Of a stretch of 64,000 nucleotides of DNA, positions 28,212 to 38,312 are shown one piece after another. Every line of letters starts with the position of its first letter. Position 1 is the stretch's first letter. Source of the stretch: Candidatus Bathyarchaeota archaeon (GTDB lineage: Archaea; Thermoproteota; Bathyarchaeia; TCS64); assembly GCA_963771885.1 (NCBI GenBank), contig CAVYVF010000002.1:288001-352000 (forward strand), written 5' to 3'. Under the pieces are notes generated by a model. It made no database searches, was not told the origin of the DNA, and saw only the letters and a list, made by a program, of their open reading frames with translations. The translations under genes and the position numbers were made by a program.

Positions 28212-29294
28212 ATGGCACGAAAAGCGATACCCCTTATTCTACTCCTGGTGACGACCCTCCTGACAATACCGCCCACCGTCTTTTCACAGACCCCCGAGGA
28301 GATCATAGGGCTATCCATAAAGACGACTCCTGAACCCTATCTAAACCAACTAACCTCAGGTGACAGGTACCGCTTCGAAGTTGAGATAACAAACCTCGGG
28401 GTAAACGTCACCCCTGGTCAAATCATCAACGCATCCGAGCCCTGGGAGAAGTACTCCGGCAACTTCACCGTCGAATCAGTATTCGAGCTCCGAAAGTACG
28501 GAGGCTACAGCTATGGAGGCCAATCCGTGAGCTACATAACCTCACTAAACAACACGCAGATCGACAACTACTACTCAATCGAGATCCCACCCATGGGGGA
28601 GCAGATGACATACGTCTTCACATACAACCTTACTAAGGGCTACGAGGTATTCGGGGTACGCCCGGACGAGAACATGGTCCTATACTTCAGGGTAAACATC
28701 TTCATCCAGAGCTACTCGGACAAGGATGGAGGGTACCAACTGCACGTCGGTGAGCGTGTAAAGACCCAGAGAAACGACTACAACGTGATCGACTTCGTGA
28801 AACAGGAATATCTTAAGGGCAAGCTAAAGGACATAGCCATCGACGTGGGCTGGCTGGAGCGGATCAATAGTCCCCAGGTGCAGATTGGCAAAGACTACTA
28901 CCGGAACCTCCTCACCTCCCTAAATTCCTCCATCACCACTGGTAACTACGTCTTGGCCCTCGAGCAGGTGCAGAGGTACTACCAGGTCGACCAGCCGAAC
29001 CTAATGGACCTGCTCTTCTATAATCTGAACGTGACTTCGACGACGGCGAATCAGTATGCAACACTCAGAGGGGAGTACGATACACTTAGCGGGCAATACG
29101 CCGTCCTCCAGACGGACTTTGAAAGCCTCCTCACCGCGAATCAGCTCCAAGCGGGGGAGATCGCCAACCTTGAGGCTCAGGCAAAACGGGACAGGGACAA
29201 CACAACGATACTCATCGGGATAACCGTCGTCATCATGCTCACCGTGGGCTTCCTACTAGGCTACAGGCCAGATCTCATCCGGAAAACGCTTTAA
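28212..29294 (+). CDS. Secreted/membrane-anchored hypothetical protein (signal peptide, coiled coil, C-terminal TM)
   Basis: Hydrophobic N-terminus, heptad-like YATLRGEYDTLSGQYAVLQTDF, C-terminal TM, several NxS/T sequons. Confidence 0.75.
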   Translation: MARKAIPLILLLVTTLLTIPPTVFSQTPEEIIGLSIKTTPEPYLNQLTSGDRYRFEVEITNLGVNVTPGQIINASEPWEKYSGNFTVESVFELRKYGGYSYGGQSVSYITSLNNTQIDNYYSIEIPPMGEQMTYVFTYNLTKGYEVFGVRPDENMVLYFRVNIFIQSYSDKDGGYQLHVGERVKTQRNDYNVIDFVKQEYLKGKLKDIAIDVGWLERINSPQVQIGKDYYRNLLTSLNSSITTGNYVLALEQVQRYYQVDQPNLMDLLFYNLNVTSTTANQYATLRGEYDTLSGQYAVLQTDFESLLTANQLQAGEIANLEAQAKRDRDNTTILIGITVVIMLTVGFLLGYRPDLIRKTL

Positions 29295-29325
29295 TGCGGA
29301 TGAGGGGTAGTCTCTTGATTTACCC

Positions 29326-31149
29326 TTGAAGCCTGAAGGAGTCGGGAGGATCGCGGTTCTTGGTGCTGGCGTCATGGGGCACGGCATAGCCCAGATAGCG
29401 GCCCAGGCGGGCATCAACGTCATAATTAGGGACATCGAACAGAGCTTCCTCGACGGTGCGAAGACGGGTATCGAAAGGAACCTTGCACGCCTCGTGGAGC
29501 GTGGGCGCCTCAAGCAAGATGACGTACCCCCAATCTTGGCGCGGATAACTATGACTCTCAGCCTACCCGACGCCGTCAGCGGCGCCGACCTCGTCGTCGA
29601 GGCTGTGCCGGAGAGAATGGAGATCAAGCACGCTGTTTGGAGCGAGGTTTCAAAGCACGCAAAGGCCGACGCCATACTAGCTACCAATACGAGTAGCCTC
29701 AGCATTACCAAGATGGCGGTCGCCGTCTCCGACCCCAGCAGGTTCGTGGGTATGCACTTCTTCAATCCGCCCACGATAATGAAGTTGGTCGAGATAATTC
29801 CCGGGGAGAAGACTGGGCCTGAGACCATCGCTACGGTGAAGACGTTGGCTGAGAGGCTCGGGAAGACCCCCGTCGTAGTGAGACGCGATGCCCCCGGCTT
29901 CATAGTCAACCGGGTACTCATTACCTACCTGAACGACGCCGCGAAACTACTCTCACAGGGCTACACGATCGAGCAGATTGATGCCGCCATGCAGCATCGG
30001 GGCGGGATGCCAATGGGACCCTTCATGCTCGCCGACCTCATCGGCCTAGACATCACCTACAACATACTCCGCGTCTTCGAGGATAACATCGGCCCCGCCT
30101 ACAAGGCTGCAGAGCCCATCCAGAGACTCTTCACGGCACGCAAGCTGGGGAAAAAGACCGGCGAGGGATTCTATATCTACGGCAAGCCCGAGGTAAAGGA
30201 GGAGCAGGGGAAAGGCTTCGACCCCACGCTGCTCCTCAAACTCATGATCGCCGAGGCGGAGAGGCTTGTCGCCGAGAATATAGCCGACCCCAAGTCGGTC
30301 GACGTCGCAATGAAGCTGGGGGCGAACCTCCCTATAGGCCCCTTCGAGCTGAAGGCGAAGATGGAGTCGGGTGTGCTCGAGGAAAAGCCCATTCTAGATG
30401 AAACAAAGAACGGCGTGCTGAGGATCACCGTCAACAGGCCTTCTAAGCTCAACTCGATTACCACTGAGATGCTAACCCGTATAGCGGATGCCGTCGAGAA
30501 GGCAAGCTCCGATAAGTCTATTCGATGCATCGTCATCACCGGCGCAGGTGACAGGGCGTTCTCTGCCGGCGCTGACATCGACGAGTTCAGCAAGCTCACA
30601 CCCACGCAGGCACTCGACTATACGAGGGCTGGGAAGAGAGCGATGATGAGGATCAAGGCGTCGGACAAACCCATCGTCGCCGCCATAAACGGGTTCGCGC
30701 TTGGCGGCGGATGCGAACTCGCCTCGTGGTGCGATTTCCGCGTCGCCAGCGACAAGGCGAAGCTGGGGCAGCCCGAAGCCAACCTCGGTGTCATCCCCGG
30801 CTGGGGCGGTACGAAGATACTTGGCAAACTCGTCGGTAAGCAGAGGGCGAAGCTCCTCATCCTCACAGGCGAGACCATAACCGCTGAAGAGGCACGCCAA
30901 ATCGGGCTCGTAGACAAAGTCTACCCTGCAGCTGAATTCATGGCGAAGGTAGACGAGTTCGTCGCCAGGCTCGCGGCGTCCTCGCCAACGGTAAATGCCG
31001 CTGTCAAGGTCCTCACGAACCCCAATACTAAAGACGACGACCTAGAGGCGGAGTCGCAGGAATTCTCGAAACTGTTCTCGACCAAGGATTTCCGCGAAGG
31101 CGTCTTGGCGTTCAAGGAGAAACGTAAGCCTTCCTTCACGGGCGAGTAG
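29326..31149 (+). CDS. 3-hydroxyacyl-CoA dehydrogenase/enoyl-CoA hydratase fusion
   Basis: GAGVMGHGIA, EAVPE, TNTSSL, GMHFFNP; AFSAGADI, GGGCELA, GQPE..LG..PGWGG. Confidence 0.95.
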   Translation: MKPEGVGRIAVLGAGVMGHGIAQIAAQAGINVIIRDIEQSFLDGAKTGIERNLARLVERGRLKQDDVPPILARITMTLSLPDAVSGADLVVEAVPERMEIKHAVWSEVSKHAKADAILATNTSSLSITKMAVAVSDPSRFVGMHFFNPPTIMKLVEIIPGEKTGPETIATVKTLAERLGKTPVVVRRDAPGFIVNRVLITYLNDAAKLLSQGYTIEQIDAAMQHRGGMPMGPFMLADLIGLDITYNILRVFEDNIGPAYKAAEPIQRLFTARKLGKKTGEGFYIYGKPEVKEEQGKGFDPTLLLKLMIAEAERLVAENIADPKSVDVAMKLGANLPIGPFELKAKMESGVLEEKPILDETKNGVLRITVNRPSKLNSITTEMLTRIADAVEKASSDKSIRCIVITGAGDRAFSAGADIDEFSKLTPTQALDYTRAGKRAMMRIKASDKPIVAAINGFALGGGCELASWCDFRVASDKAKLGQPEANLGVIPGWGGTKILGKLVGKQRAKLLILTGETITAEEARQIGLVDKVYPAAEFMAKVDEFVARLAASSPTVNAAVKVLTNPNTKDDDLEAESQEFSKLFSTKDFREGVLAFKEKRKPSFTGE

Positions 31150-31150
31150 G

Positions 31151-31513
31151 TTACTCCGCCCTGAAGGCAAGGATGGTTTTCTCGCCGTCTTTAATCGTCG
31201 TGAACCTAACCCTCGCGCCTATCAGTATTTCTTCCGCGAGCAATCCCGAGATCGATGGGCCTTCGGCTAACCTAACGATGCCGACGGAGTATGGACCGCG
31301 AGCCTTGAAGCTTGATGAGGGTGCCCTGTTAAGCGTCACTGCCTCAAGGACTCCCCCGCCCTCGAACTCATGCCACTCAAGCTGCTGGGAGCCGCACTTC
31401 GAACATATCTGGCGCGGCGGTATGTGATACTCGCCACAATTCTTGCACCTGTTTCCCATCATCTTGCCCTCTGCGACGTACCCGTTGAACGCCTTTGTCG
31501 TGAACTCGCTCGT
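31151..31513 (-). CDS. DUF35 Zn-ribbon/OB-fold thiolase partner
   Basis: RCKNCG..PPR..C.KC, PY.VGIV.L.EG; the frame is open back to ACG at 31513, overlapping the thiolase stop; first ATG at 31462. Confidence 0.88.
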   Translation of the reverse strand, partial: TSEFTTKAFNGYVAEGKMMGNRCKNCGEYHIPPRQICSKCGSQQLEWHEFEGGGVLEAVTLNRAPSSSFKARGPYSVGIVRLAEGPSISGLLAEEILIGARVRFTTIKDGEKTILAFRAE

Positions 31514-32754
31514 TAGGATCCCCTCCTGAACACCTGCACCGTGACGGTTGCGCCCGCTGCACCTACGTTATGTGCGAGACCCGTCTCAGCGCCTTGCACC
31601 TGGTGTGCGCCTGCCTGCCCTCGTAGTTGCTTGAACATCTCGTACGCCATGGCGACGCCTGTGGCTCCTACGGGGTGGCCCTTCGCCTTGAGGCCACCGT
31701 CGGGGTTTATCGGAAGCTCACCCTTCAAGGCGGTCCTACCCTCTTCCGCTGCTTTGCCACCCTGTCCCTTTGGAAAGAAACCAAGGTCCTCGGTGGCGAC
31801 TACCTCGGCGATGGTGAAGCAGTCATGGACGTCTGCCACTTGTATATCCTTAGGTGTTACTCCCGCCATCTTGTATGCGTCCTCGGATGCCTTTACAGCT
31901 GCGCGGAGGGTGGTGAAGTCGGGACGGCTGTGCAGGGCAATGGTATCGCTCGCTTGCCCCATGCCCGCCATCCTCACAGGTGTATCCGTATACTTCCACG
32001 TGACCTCGTCGGCTGCGAGGATGATTGCTGCAGCGCCATCTGAGACGGGGCAGCAGTCGAAGAGCCTCAGCGGGGAGGCGATAATAGGATTCAGGTCCGA
32101 CCTAAGGAACTCCATCTCGTCCTTGAACGTCCTCCCGCTCTTCTCGCCGAGTTTCTGGGCGAGAGCGAGGATCTCCATCTGGAACTGCGCCTTGGGGTTG
32201 AGTGACCCGTTCCTATGGTTTTTCACCGTGACGGCGATGAGTTGCTCCCAGCTGGTGCCATACTTCCTGAAGTACGCTGAGGCGATGGCGGCGTAGATGG
32301 CGGGGAACGTGAAGCCGACCGATGTCTCATAGGATGAGTCGGCGGCCAATGAGAGGGCGTCCGTGACCTGGTCCGTGGTAAGCCGGCTCATCTTTTCGAC
32401 GCCGCCGACGATGACGACGTCCGTTAGGCCGGATGCGATTGCCATGGCTCCAAGGTTTAGGGCGGCGCCGCTGCTCGCGCAGGCGTCCTCGATCCTGTAG
32501 GCGGGGACAGGGTTAATGCCGAGCCAGTCTGCCATGACCGCAGCGGTGTGCCCCTGCGCCTCGAAGACATCACTTGTGAAGTTGCCCACGAAGAGGGCGC
32601 CGGCGTCTCTGAACCTGAAGCCGTTGTCAACTGAACCCGCGGCCTCGAGGGCTGCTTCTACGAAGAGTTCCCTTCCCGTCTTGTCGGCGTGGAGCTTGTT
32701 GTGGAACCGGGTCATCCCTGCCCCGACGATGGATACTCCTCTGTTTAGCCCCAA
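31513..32754 (-). CDS. Acetyl-CoA acetyltransferase (archaeal/SCP-x type thiolase)
   Basis: EDACASS, GVEKM, KN..N...NP.A, SDGAAA, VHDCFT, GGLKAKGHPVGATG. Confidence 0.95.
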   Translation of the reverse strand: MGLNRGVSIVGAGMTRFHNKLHADKTGRELFVEAALEAAGSVDNGFRFRDAGALFVGNFTSDVFEAQGHTAAVMADWLGINPVPAYRIEDACASSGAALNLGAMAIASGLTDVVIVGGVEKMSRLTTDQVTDALSLAADSSYETSVGFTFPAIYAAIASAYFRKYGTSWEQLIAVTVKNHRNGSLNPKAQFQMEILALAQKLGEKSGRTFKDEMEFLRSDLNPIIASPLRLFDCCPVSDGAAAIILAADEVTWKYTDTPVRMAGMGQASDTIALHSRPDFTTLRAAVKASEDAYKMAGVTPKDIQVADVHDCFTIAEVVATEDLGFFPKGQGGKAAEEGRTALKGELPINPDGGLKAKGHPVGATGVAMAYEMFKQLRGQAGAHQVQGAETGLAHNVGAAGATVTVQVFRRGS

Positions 32755-32942
32755 GCTGCACGCCTGAATGAAACCCAGGCGGCGTGGGGGTTAAGAATTG
32801 CGTCGAATAGCTGATCGACATAAGTCGAACACGCCCCCGATGTATGTACGGTAACTCGAAAATATATAGAATAATTGCAGCCCCTCTTTATTCCTAGAAA
32901 ATGTTAAATGGATTGCTCGGAAAGAACAAACCGGGTACAACT

Positions 32943-33173
32943 ATGAGTGTTGCCTTCGTCTTAATCAATACCGACCTCGGCGAGGGGACGGATGTCAGCA
33001 AGGCGCTAAAGGAGATACCTGAGGTCAAGGAGGTGTATGGCGTCTATGGGGTCTACGACTTCGTCGTACGCCTCGAGGCCTCCTCGATGCAGGAAATAAA
33101 GGACGTAATAACGAGCAAAATAAGGCGCCTCAACCACGTTAGGTCCACGCTAACGATGGTCGTCCTAGAGTAG
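32943..33173 (+). CDS. Lrp/AsnC ligand-binding domain protein without HTH
   Basis: AFVLIN..VYGVYD..IRRLNHVRSTLTMVV; paralog of 5479-5706. Confidence 0.9.
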   Translation: MSVAFVLINTDLGEGTDVSKALKEIPEVKEVYGVYGVYDFVVRLEASSMQEIKDVITSKIRRLNHVRSTLTMVVLE

Positions 33174-33175
33174 GT

Positions 33176-34114
33176 TCAACTTTTCTGGATTGATCTGTTT
33201 CTCACTATCTGCTCTATTCCCTCCCCCAGCTTCCACTTTGGCTGAAAACCGAGGACAGTCCTGATCTTCTCCGTGTCGTAGCTGAACTCATGCGTCTCCC
33301 CCTCCCTCGGTGGGAGATGAGTGATCGTGGAGCGTTTTCCGGTTGTTTTCTCGACGGCGCTCGATACCTCTTTCGCAATATCATTGACCGTCGTGGTCTC
33401 ATTACCTATGTTGAAGATCTTTCCGCCTATTTTCTTCGTCTTTAGACTCAGGGTTATGGCGGTAGTTATGTCTTGGACGTGTACGAAGTCGCGGGTAGCC
33501 GTACCGTCGCCGTAGACCGTGAGTGACTTGCCGTCGAGCGCTAGGGCAATGAACTTGGGTATGACTCCGACCCAGTTTGTGTAGAGTCCGACTCCGTAGA
33601 CGTTGCCGAACCTGAGGCTGACGGTCTCGAGTCCATGGTTAAGGTGGGCGGCGTCGAGGAGTTTTTCGCCGGCGAGCTTCGTGACACCGTAAATGTTGAG
33701 GGGATGAGTCATGTGCCTCTCAGTGACGGGAGTTGAGGCGGGGGTGCCGTAGACGGCGGCACTGCTGCAGAAGACGAGCCTGCGCACGTGGTTCCGCCTC
33801 GCTGCCTCGACTACCTGATGGGTACCATAGACGTTGACGGAGATAGCCTCCTCTGGGTGTTCGTTGCAGGCGTCGAGGTCGGATAAGGCTGCCATGTGCA
33901 CGACGGCGTCGGCTCCTCTGAATGTGACATCTAGGTCAGTGGAGTCCCTGATGTCTCCCTCAAGCAGCTTCGCCCCGGTCAGGTGTCTCCTGATTCTCTC
34001 ATAGTCGCCGGTGGTCTGGTTGTCGATGGATGTGACCTCGTGGTCCTTGGCGAGTAGATCCCTAATGAGCGTGGAGCCTATGTATCCGGCCCCGCCCGTC
34101 ACGGCGACGCGCAT
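33176..34114 (-). CDS. NDP-sugar epimerase/dehydratase (GalE-like)
   Basis: TGGAGYIG, SSAAVYG, YGVTK, LRFGNVYG, RDFVHV. Confidence 0.93.
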   Translation of the reverse strand: MRVAVTGGAGYIGSTLIRDLLAKDHEVTSIDNQTTGDYERIRRHLTGAKLLEGDIRDSTDLDVTFRGADAVVHMAALSDLDACNEHPEEAISVNVYGTHQVVEAARRNHVRRLVFCSSAAVYGTPASTPVTERHMTHPLNIYGVTKLAGEKLLDAAHLNHGLETVSLRFGNVYGVGLYTNWVGVIPKFIALALDGKSLTVYGDGTATRDFVHVQDITTAITLSLKTKKIGGKIFNIGNETTTVNDIAKEVSSAVEKTTGKRSTITHLPPREGETHEFSYDTEKIRTVLGFQPKWKLGEGIEQIVRNRSIQKS

Positions 34115-34197
34115 CGTGGTTCAGAGGGGTATTGTGGTCATCCGGTTAAATGAGTACCTGTTTTGATCTATACTTATATCCCTCCGGCTTTTCACGC

Positions 34198-34785
34198 ATG
34201 TTAGTGGTAGCCTTGACGGTCTATTGCCCCAAGTGTGGTAAGGAGCTCCCGGACGACGCCGCGTTCTGCGACAGGTGCGGCCAGAAGATGGGCGAGCCTG
34301 TGGCTCCCTCAGATGGGTGGGAGAGTCGATGGGAGAGGCGAATGGATAGGCGTTTCGAGAGGTTTAACCGCCACGACTACCTGGACGGCGTCGGCTTCGG
34401 CGTCTTCCTGATCGGGGTGGCGTGGGTCTACCTCCAGTACCCGTGGGTATGGGGCGAGTTGACTGCGTGGTTCCGCAGCTGGGTGAACGGTCCGAACATG
34501 CTGCCGCTTATCCTAGCCGAGCCCATCGCCCTATTCTTCACTATCATGGGCGGATGGGGTATCGTCGAGGGAGCGATCAGAATGGTGTCCGGGCGCTTCA
34601 CAAAAGGCCTGGGCAACATCGTGGGCGGCGCCGGAGGCCTTGCCATCGCCTACATGATAAGGCTCTATGGCCAAGGCGCGATACGGAGTGGCGACCTGCT
34701 CCCATACTTCATCATGATAATGGGCGCGACGATCATCCTGAGCGCCGTCATCGGCGTCTTCGCCTGGCAGCCTCGAAGGGATTAA
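34198..34785 (+). CDS. Zinc-ribbon domain membrane protein
   Basis: YCPKCG..FCDRCG followed by about four TM segments; start ATG 34198 or TTG 34213. Confidence 0.8.
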   Translation: MLVVALTVYCPKCGKELPDDAAFCDRCGQKMGEPVAPSDGWESRWERRMDRRFERFNRHDYLDGVGFGVFLIGVAWVYLQYPWVWGELTAWFRSWVNGPNMLPLILAEPIALFFTIMGGWGIVEGAIRMVSGRFTKGLGNIVGGAGGLAIAYMIRLYGQGAIRSGDLLPYFIMIMGATIILSAVIGVFAWQPRRD

Positions 34786-34810
34786 AAACGCTACGGAGCA
34801 CGCAATAGGC

Positions 34811-35719
34811 GTGCTCACCCAACAGATTCTCGGACCCGTCTACATGATCGACTCGCCTTACCACGGCTCTCAGGGTGTCCTCGGTACTTACGTCATCAAA
34901 GGCGGGGAACCGATGCTCATAGACCCAGGGCCAACGACACAGGTGCCCGGCGCCGTCGAGGGACTGCGTGAGCTTGGGATCAAGCAGCTGCGCTACGTGG
35001 GGTTGACGCACATCCACCTAGACCACGGCGGCGGAGCGTGGAAGCTTATTGAGATGCACCCCGAGGCGGACGTTTACGCCCACCCCAAGGCGGTGGAGCA
35101 CCTCGTCGACCCGAGTCGCCTTGCCGAGTCGGCGAAGCAGTTCTTCGGCCCCGCCTTCGACAAGTACGGCGAGGTCAAGGGTGTCAACCCGATGAAGATT
35201 CAGGAGTCGAAGGATGACGAGGAGCTTGACCTGCAGGGGGCGACCCTGAAGGTTATTTGGACGCCGGGGCACGCGAGCCACGGGCAGAGCTACTGGGAAC
35301 CCGACTACCGGATAATCATCCTCGGCGACTCGGGAGGCAGCTTCAGCAAGAGGACCGGGAACAACTTCCCCATCACGCCACCACCATTCAACACGGATAA
35401 GGCGCTTGAGACGCTGGACAAGCTGATCGCCCTCCGCCCCGAGATAGTCTGCTACAGCCACTTCGGCTACGCTTACGACGCCGAGAAGAAGCTGAGGTTC
35501 TACAGGGAGGAGCTTCAGACGTGGAACGAGGTCATCGAGAAAGGGGTCAAGGAGGGACTGGACCGCAACGGCATCTGGGAGTCTCTCAAGGAGCAGGACC
35601 CCATCCTACGCCTCAGCCTCGACGAGGACGACAGCAGGCGCAGAACCGCCATGCCAAACATCATCGGCCTCATGGAGTACACGAAGTGGAAGCTCAAGGA
35701 AGAGGCAAAGTCTAAATGA
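34811..35719 (+). CDS. Metallo-beta-lactamase fold hydrolase
   Basis: THIHLDHGG, TPGHA, GD, SHFG. Confidence 0.92.
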   Translation: MLTQQILGPVYMIDSPYHGSQGVLGTYVIKGGEPMLIDPGPTTQVPGAVEGLRELGIKQLRYVGLTHIHLDHGGGAWKLIEMHPEADVYAHPKAVEHLVDPSRLAESAKQFFGPAFDKYGEVKGVNPMKIQESKDDEELDLQGATLKVIWTPGHASHGQSYWEPDYRIIILGDSGGSFSKRTGNNFPITPPPFNTDKALETLDKLIALRPEIVCYSHFGYAYDAEKKLRFYREELQTWNEVIEKGVKEGLDRNGIWESLKEQDPILRLSLDEDDSRRRTAMPNIIGLMEYTKWKLKEEAKSK

Positions 35720-35745
35720 GTACCTCATCTGAACGATACATATCT

Positions 35746-35856
35746 CCCGGTGTTAGTCATAACTGGGGTATGGAGAAGCCCGATCTCTTCGTCGCCATGA
35801 TAAATTCATGGGTTGAAGATACACACCTTCCGACAGAGTTACAGAAACTGCAGTAA
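35746..35856 (+). pseudogene. Possible C-terminal remnant of an alpha/beta hydrolase
   Basis: Manual translation PGVSHNWGMEKPDLFVAMINSWVEDTHLPTELQKLQ-stop resembles the catalytic-His region (PG..H....E.P..F). Confidence 0.45.
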
Positions 35857-35941
35857 ACAGTGTACTAGACCATAACTTCCTCTGCATCTCCGTTGAGCAC
35901 AGGTCTCTTAAGCCCCGGGGCAGATTATCCCTCGATTCGCG

Positions 35942-37445
35942 ATGTCCGTGCCGATCATCAGCCACTGGATAAACGGTAAACCGGTCGAGGTGCCCCGGGA
36001 GAAGACGGGACCCGTATACAACCCGGCGACGGGCGAGGAGATCGCCCGCGTGCCCCACGGAGGGGCGAAGGAGATAGAGGTCGCGGTGGAAGCGGCGAAC
36101 AAGGCGTTTCCCGCGTGGCGTGACACGCCTTCGATAGCCCGCAGCTCGATATTTTTCGCGTTCCGCGAGCTTTGTTGGAAGCACAGGGAGGAGATGGCGA
36201 AGCTCATCACCCGCGACCATGGCAAGACCTACCCTGACGCGCTGGGCGAGGTGGTGCGCGGACTTGAAACTGTGGAGTTCGCCTGTGGGTTACCCGTTCA
36301 CATGGCGGGTATGAACACTCCGAATGTGTCCACCTCTGTTGACGTCCGCACGCTGCGCCAGCCGCTCGGCGTCACTGCAGGTATTACGCCGTTCAACTTC
36401 CCAGTGATGGTCCCGATGTGGATCTACCCCATCGCCCTTATGACTGGCAACTGCTTCATCTGGAAGCCCAGCAGCCACACGCCGGGGGCGACGCAGCTCC
36501 AGGCGGAGCTATGGAAGCAGGCGGGGCTTCCCGACGGCGTCTTCAACATAGTCTACGGGGGCCGGGATGCGGTCAACGCGATACTCGACAGCCCCGGTGA
36601 TAGAGGCGGTGCAGTTCGTCGGCTCGACAGCCGTGGGTAAGATGGTGCACGAGAGGGGCACCAAGGCGGGTAAGCGCGTTGGTTGCTACATGGGTGCCAA
36701 GAACGCCATGATAGTGCTGCCCGATGCTGACATGGATCTCGCCGCGGACTCCGCCGTGGCTGCCGGCTACGGATCGGCGGGCGAACGCTGCATGGCCCAG
36801 TCGCTCGTCATCGCCGTCGGCGACACTGGCGACAGGCTCCTCCCGCTGATGAAGGAGAGGATTGAGAAGCTCAAGGTCGGCCCCGGCATTGAGCAGGGCA
36901 TGGACATGGGTCCGATCTACTCCGCTGAGCACAGGGAGTCGATCATAAAGTGGATAGACAAGGGCGAGGCGGAGGGGGCGAAGATCGTCGCAGACGGGCG
37001 CAAGTTCAGGCACCCGACTAACCCCGAGGGCTTCTTCCTCGGCTGCACCCTGTTCGACTGCGTCACGCCGGAGATGACGGTCTTCCACGAGGAGATATTC
37101 GGCCCCGTCCTCGGGATGGTGAGGGTGAAGACCTTCGACGAGGCGCTCACGCTCATCAACGGGCATCAGTACGGTAACGGCACCGCTATCTTCACGATGG
37201 ACGGTGGGGCCGCGAGGCGCTTCGAGATGGAGGTCGACGTCCCCATGATAGGCATCAATGTCCCCATCCCCGTCCCAGCGGGCTACCTCAGCTTCGGCGG
37301 CACTCGAGGCTCATCCTTCGCCGACCTCCAGATGCGCGGCGAGGACTCCATACGCTTCTTCACGAAGCAGAAGGAGGTCACCGTCCGCTGGCCCAAGCCG
37401 GGAAGGCAGGGACCGCTCAGCCTCGTTTTCCCCGGTAACAAGTAA
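35942..37445 (+). CDS. mmsA: CoA-acylating (methyl)malonate-semialdehyde dehydrogenase, frameshift ~36595
   Basis: RGLETVEFACG, ITPFNFPVMVPMW, FVGST, GAKN, SAGERCMA, EEIFGP, GINVPIPVP. Confidence 0.93.
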
Positions 37446-37509
37446 ACCACCTTTCTCATCCAAAGTATGATATTGCCTACTGGGTAGTGAGTCCTGTATG
37501 TTGATACCT

Positions 37510-38284
37510 ATGACTACAAGGGGAAGGTGGCCTAGTGACTGGCTCGAGCCGCGGCATAGGCTTCGGGACGGCGAAGATGTTCCTCGAAGCCGGCGCTAAG
37601 GTGATGATAAACGGCTCAAACGAGGAGCGACTGCAGACCGCACTGAAGAGCCTTGGCAAGTACAAGGGTAATGTGATAGCCCACAAAGCTGACCTGAAGA
37701 GCAGGGCCGAGATAGAGGCGATGTTCAAGCACCTCTTCGACACATGGGGCGGCATAGACATACTCGTAAACAACGCTGCCGATCGCCCCGTGATGAAGGT
37801 GGTCGATATGACCGACGACATCTGGGACAGGAACCTCGACACGAAGCTGCGTGGCGCCTACATCTGCTCCCAGATAGCTGCGCGCCAGATGATCAAGCAG
37901 GATAGAGGTGGCAAGATGGTTTTCGTCGCCTCGGGTAGCTGGAAGGTTGCCCGCGAGGCGGCGGGCGCCTACTGCGCCTCAAACGCGGGGATGGTGATGT
38001 TCGCCAACTGCCTCGCCCTCGAACTCGGCAAGCACAAGGTAAACGTCAACTGCGTCGCCCCCGGCCTCATCGAGGTCGGCGAGGAGCAGACACCCAGCAA
38101 GCTAGCCTACGACAGGTCGATGGTGAACATGACGCCATGGGGGAGGATAGGCGTACCCGACGACATCGCCAACGCGATACTGATGCTCTGCAGCCCCCAG
38201 GCCGACTTCATAACGGGCACGGTGCTGAGCGTCGACGGCGGAATAAGCACTGGCAGATACGGAATACCCGTAAGCCCATACTAA
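37510..38284 (+). CDS. Short-chain dehydrogenase/reductase; N-terminus frameshifted ~37532
   Basis: YDYKGKVA in the adjacent frame, then VTGSSRGIG, DILVNNA, VNCVAPG, ITG.VL.VDGG; exact start uncertain. Confidence 0.88.
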
Positions 38285-38312
38285 TTATGAAAAACGCTCC
38301 TAGAAAACAGGA

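Noticed and set aside
5479..33173. Duplicated Lrp/AsnC domain genes, and also the two FAH paralogs, as a novelty
   Set aside because: HTH-less Lrp domains and FAH paralogs are common multi-copy families in archaea
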